Shown here piece by piece: positions 28,109-37,637 of a stretch of 64,000 nucleotides of DNA. This DNA is from Acidobacteriota bacterium (GTDB lineage: Bacteria; Acidobacteriota; Thermoanaerobaculia; Multivoradales; UBA5704). The first letter of the stretch is position 1; each line of letters starts with the position of its first letter. The notes below the pieces were generated by a model. It saw only the letters and a list, made by a program, of their open reading frames with translations. It was not told the origin of the DNA and made no database searches. Made by a program: the position numbers and the translations under genes. The stretch is taken from NCBI GenBank assembly GCA_040005235.1, contig JBDTZG010000005.1, forward strand, positions 96,001 to 160,000. The letters run 5' to 3'.

Positions 28109-30769
28109 ATGGCGATGAGCCTCGGCGTCACGCTACGGATCGATCCTCGCCCGCCCGAGGGTCAAAGGAACGGCGCCGGTGCCTTCCGCCGCCTGCGGGA
28201 GCTGTTCGACGAGCTGTCCGACGTCGATCCCCAAGCGCGCGGCGAGCGCCTGGCCGCGCTCGCCGTCTTCGAACCGGATCTGGCCGCGGAGCTCGCCGCC
28301 CTTTTCGAGCACGCCGACCGTTCGCGCTCTCCTCTGGACTCTCCGGCGGCGGTCGCGGTTCCCGACGTTCCGGTCGAGGTGCGGGGATATCGAGTCGGCC
28401 GTCTGGTGGGTCGGGGCGGTTCTTCGTGGGTCTACCTCGCCGACCAGGATCTCGATGGGATCAAGCGGCGGGTGGCTTTGAAGATCATCGGCGGTGTCGA
28501 GGCGGATCGATTCCTGCAGCGGTTCGAGGCCGAAAAGCGCATCCTCGCCGGGCTCGAACACCCCGGGATCGCCCGCCTGTACGACGCCGGCCGAACCGGC
28601 GGCGGCTTTGCTTTCCTCGCCATGGAGTACGTTGAGGGGAGCGATCTCCTGACCTATTGCCAAACGCGCCGGGTATCGATCGCCGATCGCCTGCGCCTCT
28701 TCCTGCAAGTCCTCGCCGCGGTCAGCTATGCCCACCAGAACCTGATCGTCCATCGCGATTTGAAGCCGGCGAACATCATGGTCTCGCTCGCCGGCAACCC
28801 CAAGCTCCTCGACTTCGGCATCGCCGCCCTTCTCGACCCGACGCTCGGAGGCGCGGACCTGGAGAACGCGACCCTCCTGCGCGCGTTGACCCCCGCCTAC
28901 GCCAGCCCCGAACAGATCCGGGGCGAGAGGGTCACGACCTCGACGGACGTTTTCTCGCTCGGCGTCGTGCTTTACGAGCTGCTGGTCGGAAAGCGCCCGC
29001 ACGAGCCCTCCACGGTGGGCGGTGAGCTAGAGCGGGGCTATCGAGAAGTTCTGCTGCCGCCGCCGAGCGGTGCGCTCTCCAAGCGACGGCAAGCGGGGGA
29101 GGAGGCGGACGAACCGCGCGCCGTCGCGGGGGATCTCGACGCGATCGTGATGAAGGCGCTTCGTTCGAATGTGGCGGATCGCTACCGGTCGGTGGCCGCG
29201 CTGGCCGAGGACCTGCGACTCTACCTCGAAGGGCGGCCGGTCGGGGCGCGTCCCGCCTCGTGGCCCTATCGGGCCGCGAAGGTCCTCAAGCGCCACCGCG
29301 CCGCATCGCTCGCGACCTTGATGGTCACGCTGGCGGCGGCCACCGGCTTGGCGGTTCACGTCCGGCAGCTGGGCCGGGAGCGCGATCGGGCGAACGCCGC
29401 CGCTTTGCAGGCGCGCCGGGAGGCCGAGACCTCGACGCGCGTCGCCGACCTGGTCGCCTCGATCTTCGACGCCGCGAATCCGAACGACCAGACCGACCAT
29501 CCGCTCACCGGCAAGGAGATTCTCGAACGTGGCGCCCAGAGTGTCGAGACCGCTCTTTCGGCCGAGCCGGAGATGCGCGCCCGTATGCACGTGCTGCTCG
29601 GCGGCATTTGGGTCCAGATGGGCGACCTGGAGAGGGCGGAGAAGCTGATCGAGCCTTCGATCCCCGATCTCGAAATGCGCCTGGGCCCGAACCACGCGAC
29701 GACGGCGGGAGCCAAAGGGGTCCTCGCGATCCTCCGGCACGTCCAGGGGCGTGACACGGAGGCCAAGGCGCTCTTCCAACAGGCGCTCGCCGGACGGCGG
29801 ATCGCGCTGGGGTCCCGCCACGCCAAGGTCGGCGTCCTGCTAAGCCAATACGGCAACACCTTGAAATCGCTCGGGGAGTTCGCGCTCGCCAAGAAGACGT
29901 TCGAGGAGAGTCTGTCGATCCTTGCCGAGACTTTCGGTCCTGAAAGCGGCGAGAGCGGCAAAGCCTGGGGCAACTACGGCCTTCTACTCTTCCGCATGGA
30001 CGACTGGAAAGGGGCGGCCGCAGCGACCGAACGGTGCCTGGCGATCTTCGCCAAGGTCTACGGCCGCGAGAGCCCGCGCTACGCGGCCACGCTGGTAAAT
30101 CTTGCCGAAGTTCGCGGGAAGCAGCGCCGCTACCCAGAGGCCCTGAGGGCGATCCAGGAGTCGATCCAGCTTTCAGAGAGAATCTTCGGCAAGGGCTACG
30201 TCGCGGAGACGATCCACCGCAACGTCTTGGGCTGGACCTACATGGATCTCCACCGTCCGCTGGACGCCAAAATCGAGTTCGAGCACGCCATCGAGGCCGC
30301 TCTCAAGCGCTACGGACGGCATCCCACCACGGCCTGGCCGATGCGCGGTCTGGCGGAGGTCGAGCTGGCTCTCCACCGCCCGCAAGCGGCGCGCGACCAG
30401 TATGAGCGGGCGCTCCGGATCCGTCTGGAGACGCGCGGCGAAAACCATTGGGAGGTGGCCCAAAGCCTGAACGACATGGCCGAAGTCGAGGGCCGCCTGC
30501 ACCACCCCGACGCAAGAGAGTCCTACCTCCGCCGAGCCCTCGCCGTCCGCCGGGCGGTGCACGAACCGACCCACCCCGACCTCGCCCGCGCGGTCGCCCG
30601 CCTCGGCGAATTTCTCTGTACCGAGAAGGCAACTCCGATCTCCGCCACCGAAGGCCGCGGCCTGCTCGACCAGGCGCTTACCTTGGTCGCGAATGCCGGA
30701 GAATCCTCCCGGCCCGACGGCGAACAGATCGCGGAGTGGCGAGCGACGCGCGTGAAATGCGATAGATAA
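28109..30769 (+). CDS. Hanks-type Ser/Thr protein kinase with TM segment and C-terminal TPRs
   Basis: GRGGSSWVY, VALK, HRDLKPANI, DFG, YASPE and DVFSLG motifs; TPR tail; start at 28109 or 28115. Confidence 0.92.
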   Translation: MAMSLGVTLRIDPRPPEGQRNGAGAFRRLRELFDELSDVDPQARGERLAALAVFEPDLAAELAALFEHADRSRSPLDSPAAVAVPDVPVEVRGYRVGRLVGRGGSSWVYLADQDLDGIKRRVALKIIGGVEADRFLQRFEAEKRILAGLEHPGIARLYDAGRTGGGFAFLAMEYVEGSDLLTYCQTRRVSIADRLRLFLQVLAAVSYAHQNLIVHRDLKPANIMVSLAGNPKLLDFGIAALLDPTLGGADLENATLLRALTPAYASPEQIRGERVTTSTDVFSLGVVLYELLVGKRPHEPSTVGGELERGYREVLLPPPSGALSKRRQAGEEADEPRAVAGDLDAIVMKALRSNVADRYRSVAALAEDLRLYLEGRPVGARPASWPYRAAKVLKRHRAASLATLMVTLAAATGLAVHVRQLGRERDRANAAALQARREAETSTRVADLVASIFDAANPNDQTDHPLTGKEILERGAQSVETALSAEPEMRARMHVLLGGIWVQMGDLERAEKLIEPSIPDLEMRLGPNHATTAGAKGVLAILRHVQGRDTEAKALFQQALAGRRIALGSRHAKVGVLLSQYGNTLKSLGEFALAKKTFEESLSILAETFGPESGESGKAWGNYGLLLFRMDDWKGAAAATERCLAIFAKVYGRESPRYAATLVNLAEVRGKQRRYPEALRAIQESIQLSERIFGKGYVAETIHRNVLGWTYMDLHRPLDAKIEFEHAIEAALKRYGRHPTTAWPMRGLAEVELALHRPQAARDQYERALRIRLETRGENHWEVAQSLNDMAEVEGRLHHPDARESYLRRALAVRRAVHEPTHPDLARAVARLGEFLCTEKATPISATEGRGLLDQALTLVANAGESSRPDGEQIAEWRATRVKCDR

Positions 30770-30777
30770 TCCCCGCC

Positions 30778-31776
30778 ATGATCGTAAACCCCTCCGTCCC
30801 CCCCGTCGTCGTCCTCGGTGCCGGGGTCTCGGGCCTCAGCTCAGGCGTAGAGCTGCTCCTGCGCGGCTACCAGGTGGAGATCTGGGCGCGCGACCCTCCC
30901 GCCGCCACCACCTCGGCGGTGGCCGGTGCGGTCTGGTTCCCGTTCCATGCGGCGCCCGCCGAGCGGGTCGGCGCCTGGGCGAAAGAGACCTATGACCGCC
31001 TCGCCGAGCTTTCGATCGACCCCGAGAGCGGAGTGACGATGCGCGAAGGAGTGCTCTGCGACCCCGATCTGTCGGACGGCTCGACCTGGCGGCCGGCGGT
31101 GCGAGCGCTGCGCGAGGCGGGCCAGGGGGATCTCCCTCATGGCCGACAGGGCGAGATCTTCGCCGCCCCGATCGCCGAGATGCCGATCTACCTCGAATAC
31201 CTCCATCGCCGATTCGTCGCGTTCGGGGGAGTGCTCCACCTGCGCGCTTTGACCTCGGTGAGCGAAGCGTTCGCCGAGACCGATCGGGTGGTCAATTGCA
31301 CGGGGCTCGGCGCCCGCGAGTTGTTCAACGACCCGGAGGTCTACCCGGTGCGCGGCCAGTTGGTCCGGATCTCGGGCGTCGAGCTCAAGCGCTGGTACCT
31401 CGATGAAAAGGGGCGCGATGGCATTTCGTACATCATCCCGCGTTCCGAAGACATCGTGCTCGGCGGCACCGTCGAGCCGAACAACGAAGATCTGACGCCG
31501 GTTCCGTCCGACACCGAACGGATCATCGCCCGATGTTCTCGGTTCGCCCCGAATCTTGTCGAGGGCCACGTCGTTGCCCAGAGCGTCGGCCTCCGCCCCG
31601 GGCGACCGGCGATTCGGTTAGAGGTCGAAGAGGTGGACGAGCGGCATGGCGTGATTCACAACTATGGCCACGGCGGCTCGGGGCTCACGCTCTCCTGGGG
31701 TTGCGCGCGGGAGGTCGCCGACCTGGCCGATCGACGTTGGGGTGTGGCGAATCAGCCGCCGGATTCCGGCGCGTAG
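30778..31776 (+). CDS. D-amino acid oxidase family FAD oxidoreductase
   Basis: GAGVSG, VNCTGLGA, PVRGQ, GLRPGR and HNYGHGGSG motifs. Confidence 0.9.
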   Translation: MIVNPSVPPVVVLGAGVSGLSSGVELLLRGYQVEIWARDPPAATTSAVAGAVWFPFHAAPAERVGAWAKETYDRLAELSIDPESGVTMREGVLCDPDLSDGSTWRPAVRALREAGQGDLPHGRQGEIFAAPIAEMPIYLEYLHRRFVAFGGVLHLRALTSVSEAFAETDRVVNCTGLGARELFNDPEVYPVRGQLVRISGVELKRWYLDEKGRDGISYIIPRSEDIVLGGTVEPNNEDLTPVPSDTERIIARCSRFAPNLVEGHVVAQSVGLRPGRPAIRLEVEEVDERHGVIHNYGHGGSGLTLSWGCAREVADLADRRWGVANQPPDSGA

Positions 31777-33725
31777 CGGAAGACCACCAACGTCCGATCG
31801 TCATCGGCGGGGTGCCCCGCGGTGTGAGCCTCGATCTCGGTGAGCAGCCGGTCCCGCACCTGCTCCGCCGAATCGGCGGGGCCCGAAAGGGCTCGCACGA
31901 CGCAGTCGTAGCCGAACGGCTCGTCCTGGGCGTTCGAGGCTTCGATCAAACCATCCGAAAGCCAGACCACGACATCCCCGGGCAGGAGATGGATCGTCTC
32001 GGCGCCGTAGCTCTGGCGCATCACGCCCAAGGGAGAGCCGGGCAGCATGATCTCCCGCACTTTTCCGTCCCGTAGATGATAGGTGGGGGGGTGGCCGGCG
32101 TTGGTCAGCTCGATCTCGCCCTTCTTCAAATCGATCCTCGCGAGCGTCGCGGTGACGAAGAAGCGGGTGCCGCTCTCGCCCCGGACCACCCGGTCGAGCC
32201 GGCGCATGATCTCGGTGGGCTTGCCGATCTCCTCGACCAGGATCTGCAGGCCGGCTTTGACCATCGCCATCCGCAGGCCGGTGTGCAGGCCGTGGCCCGA
32301 GACGTCGGCGATCATCACCGCGAGATCCTCGCCGAACGGCAGAACGTCGAAATAGTCGCCGCCGATCGCCGCGCTCGGCTCGAACAGGGTCGCGAATTCA
32401 ACCCCCCGGCCGGTCGGCAGCGCGATCGGAAGCAGGCTCTTTTGCAGGTCGCGGGCGATCGCCAGCTCCTTGTCGAGTAACTCCTTTTGTGCCGCGCTCG
32501 CGACCAGGAGCTCCAGGTTTGCAGCCATGGCGTTGAACGAGCGCTGCATCGCACCGATCTGATCGCGCCTTTTGACGGGGATTCGCACCTCGAAGTTCCC
32601 CTCTTGCACCGCGGCGGTCGCCAGGGACAAGCGGTTCACCGCGCGCGAGATGCCGAAGATCAGCACCGAGGCCATCAGCGCCGCCACCACGTAGACATCG
32701 AACAGGAGGAAGACGACGATCACCAAACCGGCCCAGACCGCGGCGTCGAATTCGGCGGAGGGCGAAAAAAAGTGCAGGCGGATCATCCGCGGGGTCGTCC
32801 GGAGCTTCGCCGCGACGTATTCCGCGGAGCGCGAGCCGTTCTCGAGATCGAGCAGGGTGCCCGCCGCTTCCCCCCAGATCAGGAACGGAGCATCCCAAAA
32901 GCGCTCGCCGCGCGAGCGCGCTTTGAAAAATTTCGCCGCTTCGCCTTGCGCCGGTCCCTCATGAAGCCGCTGGAGGTTGAACGTCCTGCCGCCGGCTTGG
33001 ATCGAGAGGTTGTCGTCCTGGTGCACGTCTTCCGGTCGATACAGCTCGATCCACAGGTCGCTCCGGTCGGACAATTCCTGTTCGAGATCGCCGACGTAGA
33101 GCGCCACCACTCCCCGCTTCGCATCGCCCGCGGCGGCGGCCAGGGTGGGCGCCCCGTTCTTCCGCGAGACGAAGGTCGTCGGCTCTTCGCGTTTCCGTTC
33201 GGCCGCCAGAGGCCTGGGCGCGGTCGAACGCAACAGCCAGTCAGGCCACTTGGGCGGTGTTCGCGGATCGCCGCCGATCCTCTTGCCGTCCCGGTAGTAC
33301 CCGAAGACGATCTCCGGCCCGGCCGATGCCGCCTGGTGATCGTCGTGCGCCATCTCGTGAAACGCGATCATGGCGCTCTGGCGCAGCTCGGACGTCAGTT
33401 TGCGGGTACCGTCGCGAAAAAGGTGACCGAGGAAGAACCCGGAGAGGATATAGAGCCCGATCGCCATCGCGATCAGCACCATCGGGATCGGCAGCACCCC
33501 TACTAGAAAGTAGGAAAACGCGAGGCGCCGGCCGACTTTCCACAAGAACGCCCGATAGGCCCGGACCGCGATCCAGCCGAGGAGCAGCACGATCAAAGCC
33601 GCGAGGATCGCCTTGGCCGCCGAGCTCAGGTAGGCGACCTGGGCGTTCGCGACCGCCGCCAAGACGACGGCGAACAAGAAAAGGCCGAAGGCGACGGCTG
33701 CGCGTTTTTTGGTCTCGGGCTTCAC
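31752..33725 (-). CDS. Membrane HAMP + SpoIIE/PP2C phosphatase (RsbU-like)
   Basis: GGDYFD, ADVSGHG, NAGHPP, SDGL and DDRT motifs; HAMP domain. Confidence 0.92.
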   Translation of the reverse strand: MKPETKKRAAVAFGLFLFAVVLAAVANAQVAYLSSAAKAILAALIVLLLGWIAVRAYRAFLWKVGRRLAFSYFLVGVLPIPMVLIAMAIGLYILSGFFLGHLFRDGTRKLTSELRQSAMIAFHEMAHDDHQAASAGPEIVFGYYRDGKRIGGDPRTPPKWPDWLLRSTAPRPLAAERKREEPTTFVSRKNGAPTLAAAAGDAKRGVVALYVGDLEQELSDRSDLWIELYRPEDVHQDDNLSIQAGGRTFNLQRLHEGPAQGEAAKFFKARSRGERFWDAPFLIWGEAAGTLLDLENGSRSAEYVAAKLRTTPRMIRLHFFSPSAEFDAAVWAGLVIVVFLLFDVYVVAALMASVLIFGISRAVNRLSLATAAVQEGNFEVRIPVKRRDQIGAMQRSFNAMAANLELLVASAAQKELLDKELAIARDLQKSLLPIALPTGRGVEFATLFEPSAAIGGDYFDVLPFGEDLAVMIADVSGHGLHTGLRMAMVKAGLQILVEEIGKPTEIMRRLDRVVRGESGTRFFVTATLARIDLKKGEIELTNAGHPPTYHLRDGKVREIMLPGSPLGVMRQSYGAETIHLLPGDVVVWLSDGLIEASNAQDEPFGYDCVVRALSGPADSAEQVRDRLLTEIEAHTAGHPADDDRTLVVFRYAPESGG

Positions 33726-33894
33726 GGGGATGGGCGGGGATTGTCTAGAGCCCGAAAGATCCTACGATTCTGGAGGCGCCGGGTTGCGCCGGGTTGCGCC
33801 GGGGTGTCGGGACTCCCGTAGAATGAGCTTCCTTGGCCGGTCTCGTTCACCGTCCGGTCCTTTTATCTTAGCTCGAAGTGGAGGAGAGCTCATC

Positions 33895-34290
33895 GTGTCG
33901 AGGATCCCGCGTTCCCAAGAGTATTTGAAGACCGGATTTACCGCCGAGGCGGCGAGCGCCGCCCGGTTTCGCGCCTATGCCACCCGCGCCGAGCGGGACG
34001 GTCTGAGCAACCTGGCCGGACGCTGGCGCGAGTTGGCGGAATCGAAAGACCAGCTGGCGGTTCGGCTGCTCGAAGCGTCGGAGCAGGTGCTCGGCGGCGA
34101 GGCCGACGTGGTCGGCGCGATCTCGGAAGAGCGCTACGAGAACGACGTCCTTTACCCCAAGATGCTGCGCGACCTCGAAGGGGGAGCCCAGGACGCTCTC
34201 GCCGGGGTGGTCGAAGACCAGAAAGGGCACCTCGGCCGGCTGGAGGCGATGCGCAAAGAGTTGGGCGCCTCGCAAGGCGACGTACGGTAG
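33895..34290 (+). CDS. Rubrerythrin/ferritin-like protein
   Basis: FTAEAASAARFRAYATRAERDG...EERYENDVLYP...DQKGH; GGAGGAG RBS before GTG. Confidence 0.7.
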   Translation: MSRIPRSQEYLKTGFTAEAASAARFRAYATRAERDGLSNLAGRWRELAESKDQLAVRLLEASEQVLGGEADVVGAISEERYENDVLYPKMLRDLEGGAQDALAGVVEDQKGHLGRLEAMRKELGASQGDVR

Positions 34291-34451
34291 GGAATCGGCT
34301 TGCCCTGAAGGCGTTTCAGCAATGTCTCTGGGATGCCGTCGATCGCGGCAATCTTTTTGCATAGACTGAGGTGCCCCTCGGTGCTGTCCTTATGGCTCTG
34401 CGAGGGCTTCGAGTAGTACGCGAATTCAGGGAAGGACAAAGGAGAGAACAG

Positions 34452-34958
34452 ATGGGTCTGATCGATTTCCTCAAGAGCGCCGGTAAGAAGCTGCATATCA
34501 TTCATGACGACGCGCCCGCCGCGGCCCAGGCGGCTCCGGGTGGTCCGACGCCGGAGCAGGTTCACGAGCTGAACGACCGTAAGCACGAAGTCGCCCTGGT
34601 CAAGCTGATCGCCGACATGGGCTTCAAGATCGACGACCTCGGCGTGAACGTCAAGAACGACAAGGTCACCCTGACCGGCAAGGCCGACACGCAGGCGACG
34701 CGCGAAAAGACGGTCCTGATGGTCGGCAACGTCGACGGCATCGCCCAGGTCGACGACAAGTTGCAGGTCGCGAACCCGGAACCGGAGGCGACGTATTACG
34801 AGGTGGTGAAGGGCGATACGCTGTCGAAAATCGCCGCTCATCACTATGGCAATGCCAGCAAGTACCCGGTCATCTTCGAGGCCAACCGGCCGATGCTCAA
34901 GGACGCGGACGAGATCTACCCGGGCCAGAAGCTGCGCATCCCGGCGCTGCCGAAGTAA
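34452..34958 (+). CDS. BON-LysM protein (Kbp/YgaU family)
   Basis: MGLIDFLKSAG; BON domain; LysM VKGDTLSKIA...IFEAN...IYPGQKLRIP. Confidence 0.9.
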   Translation: MGLIDFLKSAGKKLHIIHDDAPAAAQAAPGGPTPEQVHELNDRKHEVALVKLIADMGFKIDDLGVNVKNDKVTLTGKADTQATREKTVLMVGNVDGIAQVDDKLQVANPEPEATYYEVVKGDTLSKIAAHHYGNASKYPVIFEANRPMLKDADEIYPGQKLRIPALPK

Positions 34959-34990
34959 GGCGGCTCAGCCCTTAAAGTCCGCATGCATAC

Positions 34991-35019
34991 TAGGGGCGGC
35001 CCCGCGTGGCCGCCCCTAC
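34991..35019 (-). repeat. GTAG-family REP palindrome, possibly also a terminator, between convergent genes
   Basis: Minus strand reads GTAGGGGCGGCCACGCGGGGCCGCCCCTA. Confidence 0.7.
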
Positions 35020-36218
35020 CGAGTTGGGCCTTCGACGACCTCGATCGCCACAAATCGCGGCTCCGACAGCTTGCGGCCGTCGAACGTCCGGAGAACCAGG
35101 CCGGATCCCTCCTTCGTCGCGACGCATCCGGAAAGCAACAGCCACCGCCCTTCCTTCGGCAGTAGAACATGGCTCACCGCCAGGCGGTCGCCGTCCTTGG
35201 TGCGGATTTCGCTCGGGGCTTCGATCTGGTTGACCCAGGTGCCGTCGGGATCGCGGCGGGCAAGGATCAATCGCTCGTTGCTCGGCACCCGGCGGTCGAA
35301 CCAGGCGAGCTGGAGCGAGCCGCGCCGCTCGCCGAGCGGCAGATCCACCCAGTAATCGGTTCCCTGATGCCAGGGGCCGGCCGTCGACGGACCCCAGGGC
35401 GTCCAGGTCGAGCGCTTCCAACTCGCTCCGGCGTCGGTCGAGGCGTAGACCGCGCCGTCGGAAGAGAGATACGCGGCGTCGTGCTCGGAAAGCGCGAGCA
35501 ACTGACCGCGCCGTTCCGCCGGGAGGGCCGGCAGGCCCGCAGCCCAGAGGGCGGGCGGCGAGCCGGCGCGAAAGCGGCCGGTGCCCACGACGATCCCATC
35601 GGCCGAGCCGGGGGCCGGCGCGGCGGGCAGGTCGCCGACCGCCGAGACGACCTGATTGCCTCGTTCGCTCCATTCGCCGTCGAAGCGCCAAGCCCAAGCC
35701 CGCAGGTTTCCTCCCACCGCGCCGCGGGAAGCACCGGAAGCGCCGGGGGCAGGATCGGCGAGCAGCACGAACCAGGGCGCGCCGGCCGCATCGTAAGTGG
35801 CGGCGCTGGTCGCTCCCCGAGGCACCGTGAGTGGCTCGCCGAGCGGCCGGAACGCGCCGTCGTTCCAGCGCACCGGCTGGAGGCACGATCCCGAGCAGGG
35901 CTGCGCCGCGAGCACGGGACCCGGACCCACCGAACCGCCGAACCGGCCGGTCGCGGGATCGGCAAACGCCCGCGCCCGGTCGCCGGTCGAGTCCAGCTCG
36001 ATCACCCATCCCGGCGGCCTCGGCGGCCCCGGCGGATTACCGCCGGAAGACTCTGCCGAGCGCAAGGCAAGAAGCGTCATGCCGGCGGCAGAATCGACAC
36101 CGATCACGGTGAGGGCGGCCGAGGCGTCGCAAATCGTCCGCGGCGGATTCGTCGCCGCCAATGAGGCGGCCGGCAGCAGGCTCGCCAGGCCAAACAGGAT
36201 GGCGGTCGATCGCTTCAT
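35016..36218 (-). CDS. Secreted hypothetical protein
   Basis: Signal peptide MKRSTAILFGLASLLPAASLA; co-oriented with the upstream polysaccharide operon. Confidence 0.7.
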   Translation of the reverse strand: MKRSTAILFGLASLLPAASLAATNPPRTICDASAALTVIGVDSAAGMTLLALRSAESSGGNPPGPPRPPGWVIELDSTGDRARAFADPATGRFGGSVGPGPVLAAQPCSGSCLQPVRWNDGAFRPLGEPLTVPRGATSAATYDAAGAPWFVLLADPAPGASGASRGAVGGNLRAWAWRFDGEWSERGNQVVSAVGDLPAAPAPGSADGIVVGTGRFRAGSPPALWAAGLPALPAERRGQLLALSEHDAAYLSSDGAVYASTDAGASWKRSTWTPWGPSTAGPWHQGTDYWVDLPLGERRGSLQLAWFDRRVPSNERLILARRDPDGTWVNQIEAPSEIRTKDGDRLAVSHVLLPKEGRWLLLSGCVATKEGSGLVLRTFDGRKLSEPRFVAIEVVEGPTR

Positions 36219-36256
36219 CTTCTATTCCTTCTATTTCTTTCGATTTTCTTTCGTTT

Positions 36257-36802
36257 TCAGCCGATAACGCGGGCCGGAACCCCTGCAACCGTCGTTCCCG
36301 GGCCCACGTCGGCGAGCACCACCGAGCCGGCGCCGATCATCGCGTCGTCGCCGATCACGATTTTGCCCAGGACGATCGCTCCGGCGCCGACCGTCACCCG
36401 GTTGCCCAGTTGCGGGCAGTCGCTCTCGGTAAATCGCGCCTCGCCGAGCGTTACGCCGTGGAGCAGCGTGCAGTCCTCGCCGATTACCGTCCGGCCACCG
36501 ATCACCAAGCCAATGCCGTGGGCCACGATGCAGCCGCCGCCGATTTCGGCGCGCGGCAGGATGTCGATCGCGCAGGCCGCGATCGCCCAACGGCGGCAGA
36601 CCGCGGGGAGGAGCGGAATTCCGGTCTGGGTTAGAGCGTGCGCCAGACGATGGGCGACCAGCGCCTGAAACCCGGAATCGAACAGGAACGCGTCGATCAG
36701 CGAAGGAGTAAGCCCTCGCCCTTTGACGGCGCGCAGGCGGGCGAAATCCTTCTGCAGCCGGGGCCAAAAGCCGGCGGAGTTGATTCCATCGGCGGCGGCC
36801 AT
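36257..36802 (-). CDS. CysE/WcaB-like hexapeptide O-acetyltransferase
   Basis: HGIGLVIG, HGVTLG, IGAGSVV and GVPARVIG motifs; ATG overlaps the upstream TGA. Confidence 0.88.
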   Translation of the reverse strand: MAAADGINSAGFWPRLQKDFARLRAVKGRGLTPSLIDAFLFDSGFQALVAHRLAHALTQTGIPLLPAVCRRWAIAACAIDILPRAEIGGGCIVAHGIGLVIGGRTVIGEDCTLLHGVTLGEARFTESDCPQLGNRVTVGAGAIVLGKIVIGDDAMIGAGSVVLADVGPGTTVAGVPARVIG

Positions 36803-37620
36803 CAGGCGTACCTCCTCACCCCGGAGCGGAAAGCCCGCAGGGCGCGCAGAATTCCGAGGCGCGGCAGCCGGCTCCAGAGGGGATAGAGCCCCGACGCCTT
36901 GATCCGGCGCTCGAACGCGCTCTCGCCCGGGTTGACGATCATCCGCGGCAGCGCCAGGCGATCCGCCCGTTTCGCATTCGCCGCGCCATGGATCGACACC
37001 GCGGCCAAATACCCCGCCCGCTCGACCGCGGCGCGAGCTCGAGGATCGAGCTGGCCGTAGGGAAAGCAAAACGTCGCGACCGGTTGCCCCACGGCGGCGG
37101 AAAGCTCGCGGCGCGAGGTCGCGACCTCGTCCTCCAGCTCGGTGTCCGAGCAGGCGGTCAGATCACGATGGAGCTTGCCGTGGCAGCCGATCTCCACCCC
37201 AGCTCGGGCGAGCGCGGCCAGCTCCGGCCCATTGAGCAGGCGCTCCTCCCGCTCCATCGCCTGGGGATCCCGCCGATCCCACCGGTTGGTGCCTCGCAGC
37301 TCCTGATTCGAAGAGCCGCCGAGCGCGCCGCTCAAGGCGAACAGCGTCGCAGTCATGCCTCGGGCGGAAAGCTCCGGCCAGGCATGATCGGCAAAGCAGG
37401 AACAGCCGTCGTCGAAGGTCAACACCACCGCCCGGCGGGGAAGCGGGCTCCGCAGACAGGCCTCGGCGAGAGTCACCGTCCGGAAGCCGCCGGCCGCGAG
37501 CTGATCGAGAAACGCGGCGAATTCCCGCCGCGAAAGGTACGAATTCGCATGAAGGGGGGCCGGCACGAGCGGCATCGGCTCGACGTGATGGAGCATCAAA
37601 ACGGGCGGGAAGGCGGGCAT
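36802..37620 (-). CDS. Polysaccharide deacetylase (CE4)
   Basis: LMLHHV, LTFDDG, EIGCHG..H and FPYG motifs. Confidence 0.9.
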   Translation of the reverse strand: MPAFPPVLMLHHVEPMPLVPAPLHANSYLSRREFAAFLDQLAAGGFRTVTLAEACLRSPLPRRAVVLTFDDGCSCFADHAWPELSARGMTATLFALSGALGGSSNQELRGTNRWDRRDPQAMEREERLLNGPELAALARAGVEIGCHGKLHRDLTACSDTELEDEVATSRRELSAAVGQPVATFCFPYGQLDPRARAAVERAGYLAAVSIHGAANAKRADRLALPRMIVNPGESAFERRIKASGLYPLWSRLPRLGILRALRAFRSGVRRYA

Positions 37621-37637
37621 GTTTTTAAGAAGACGGT

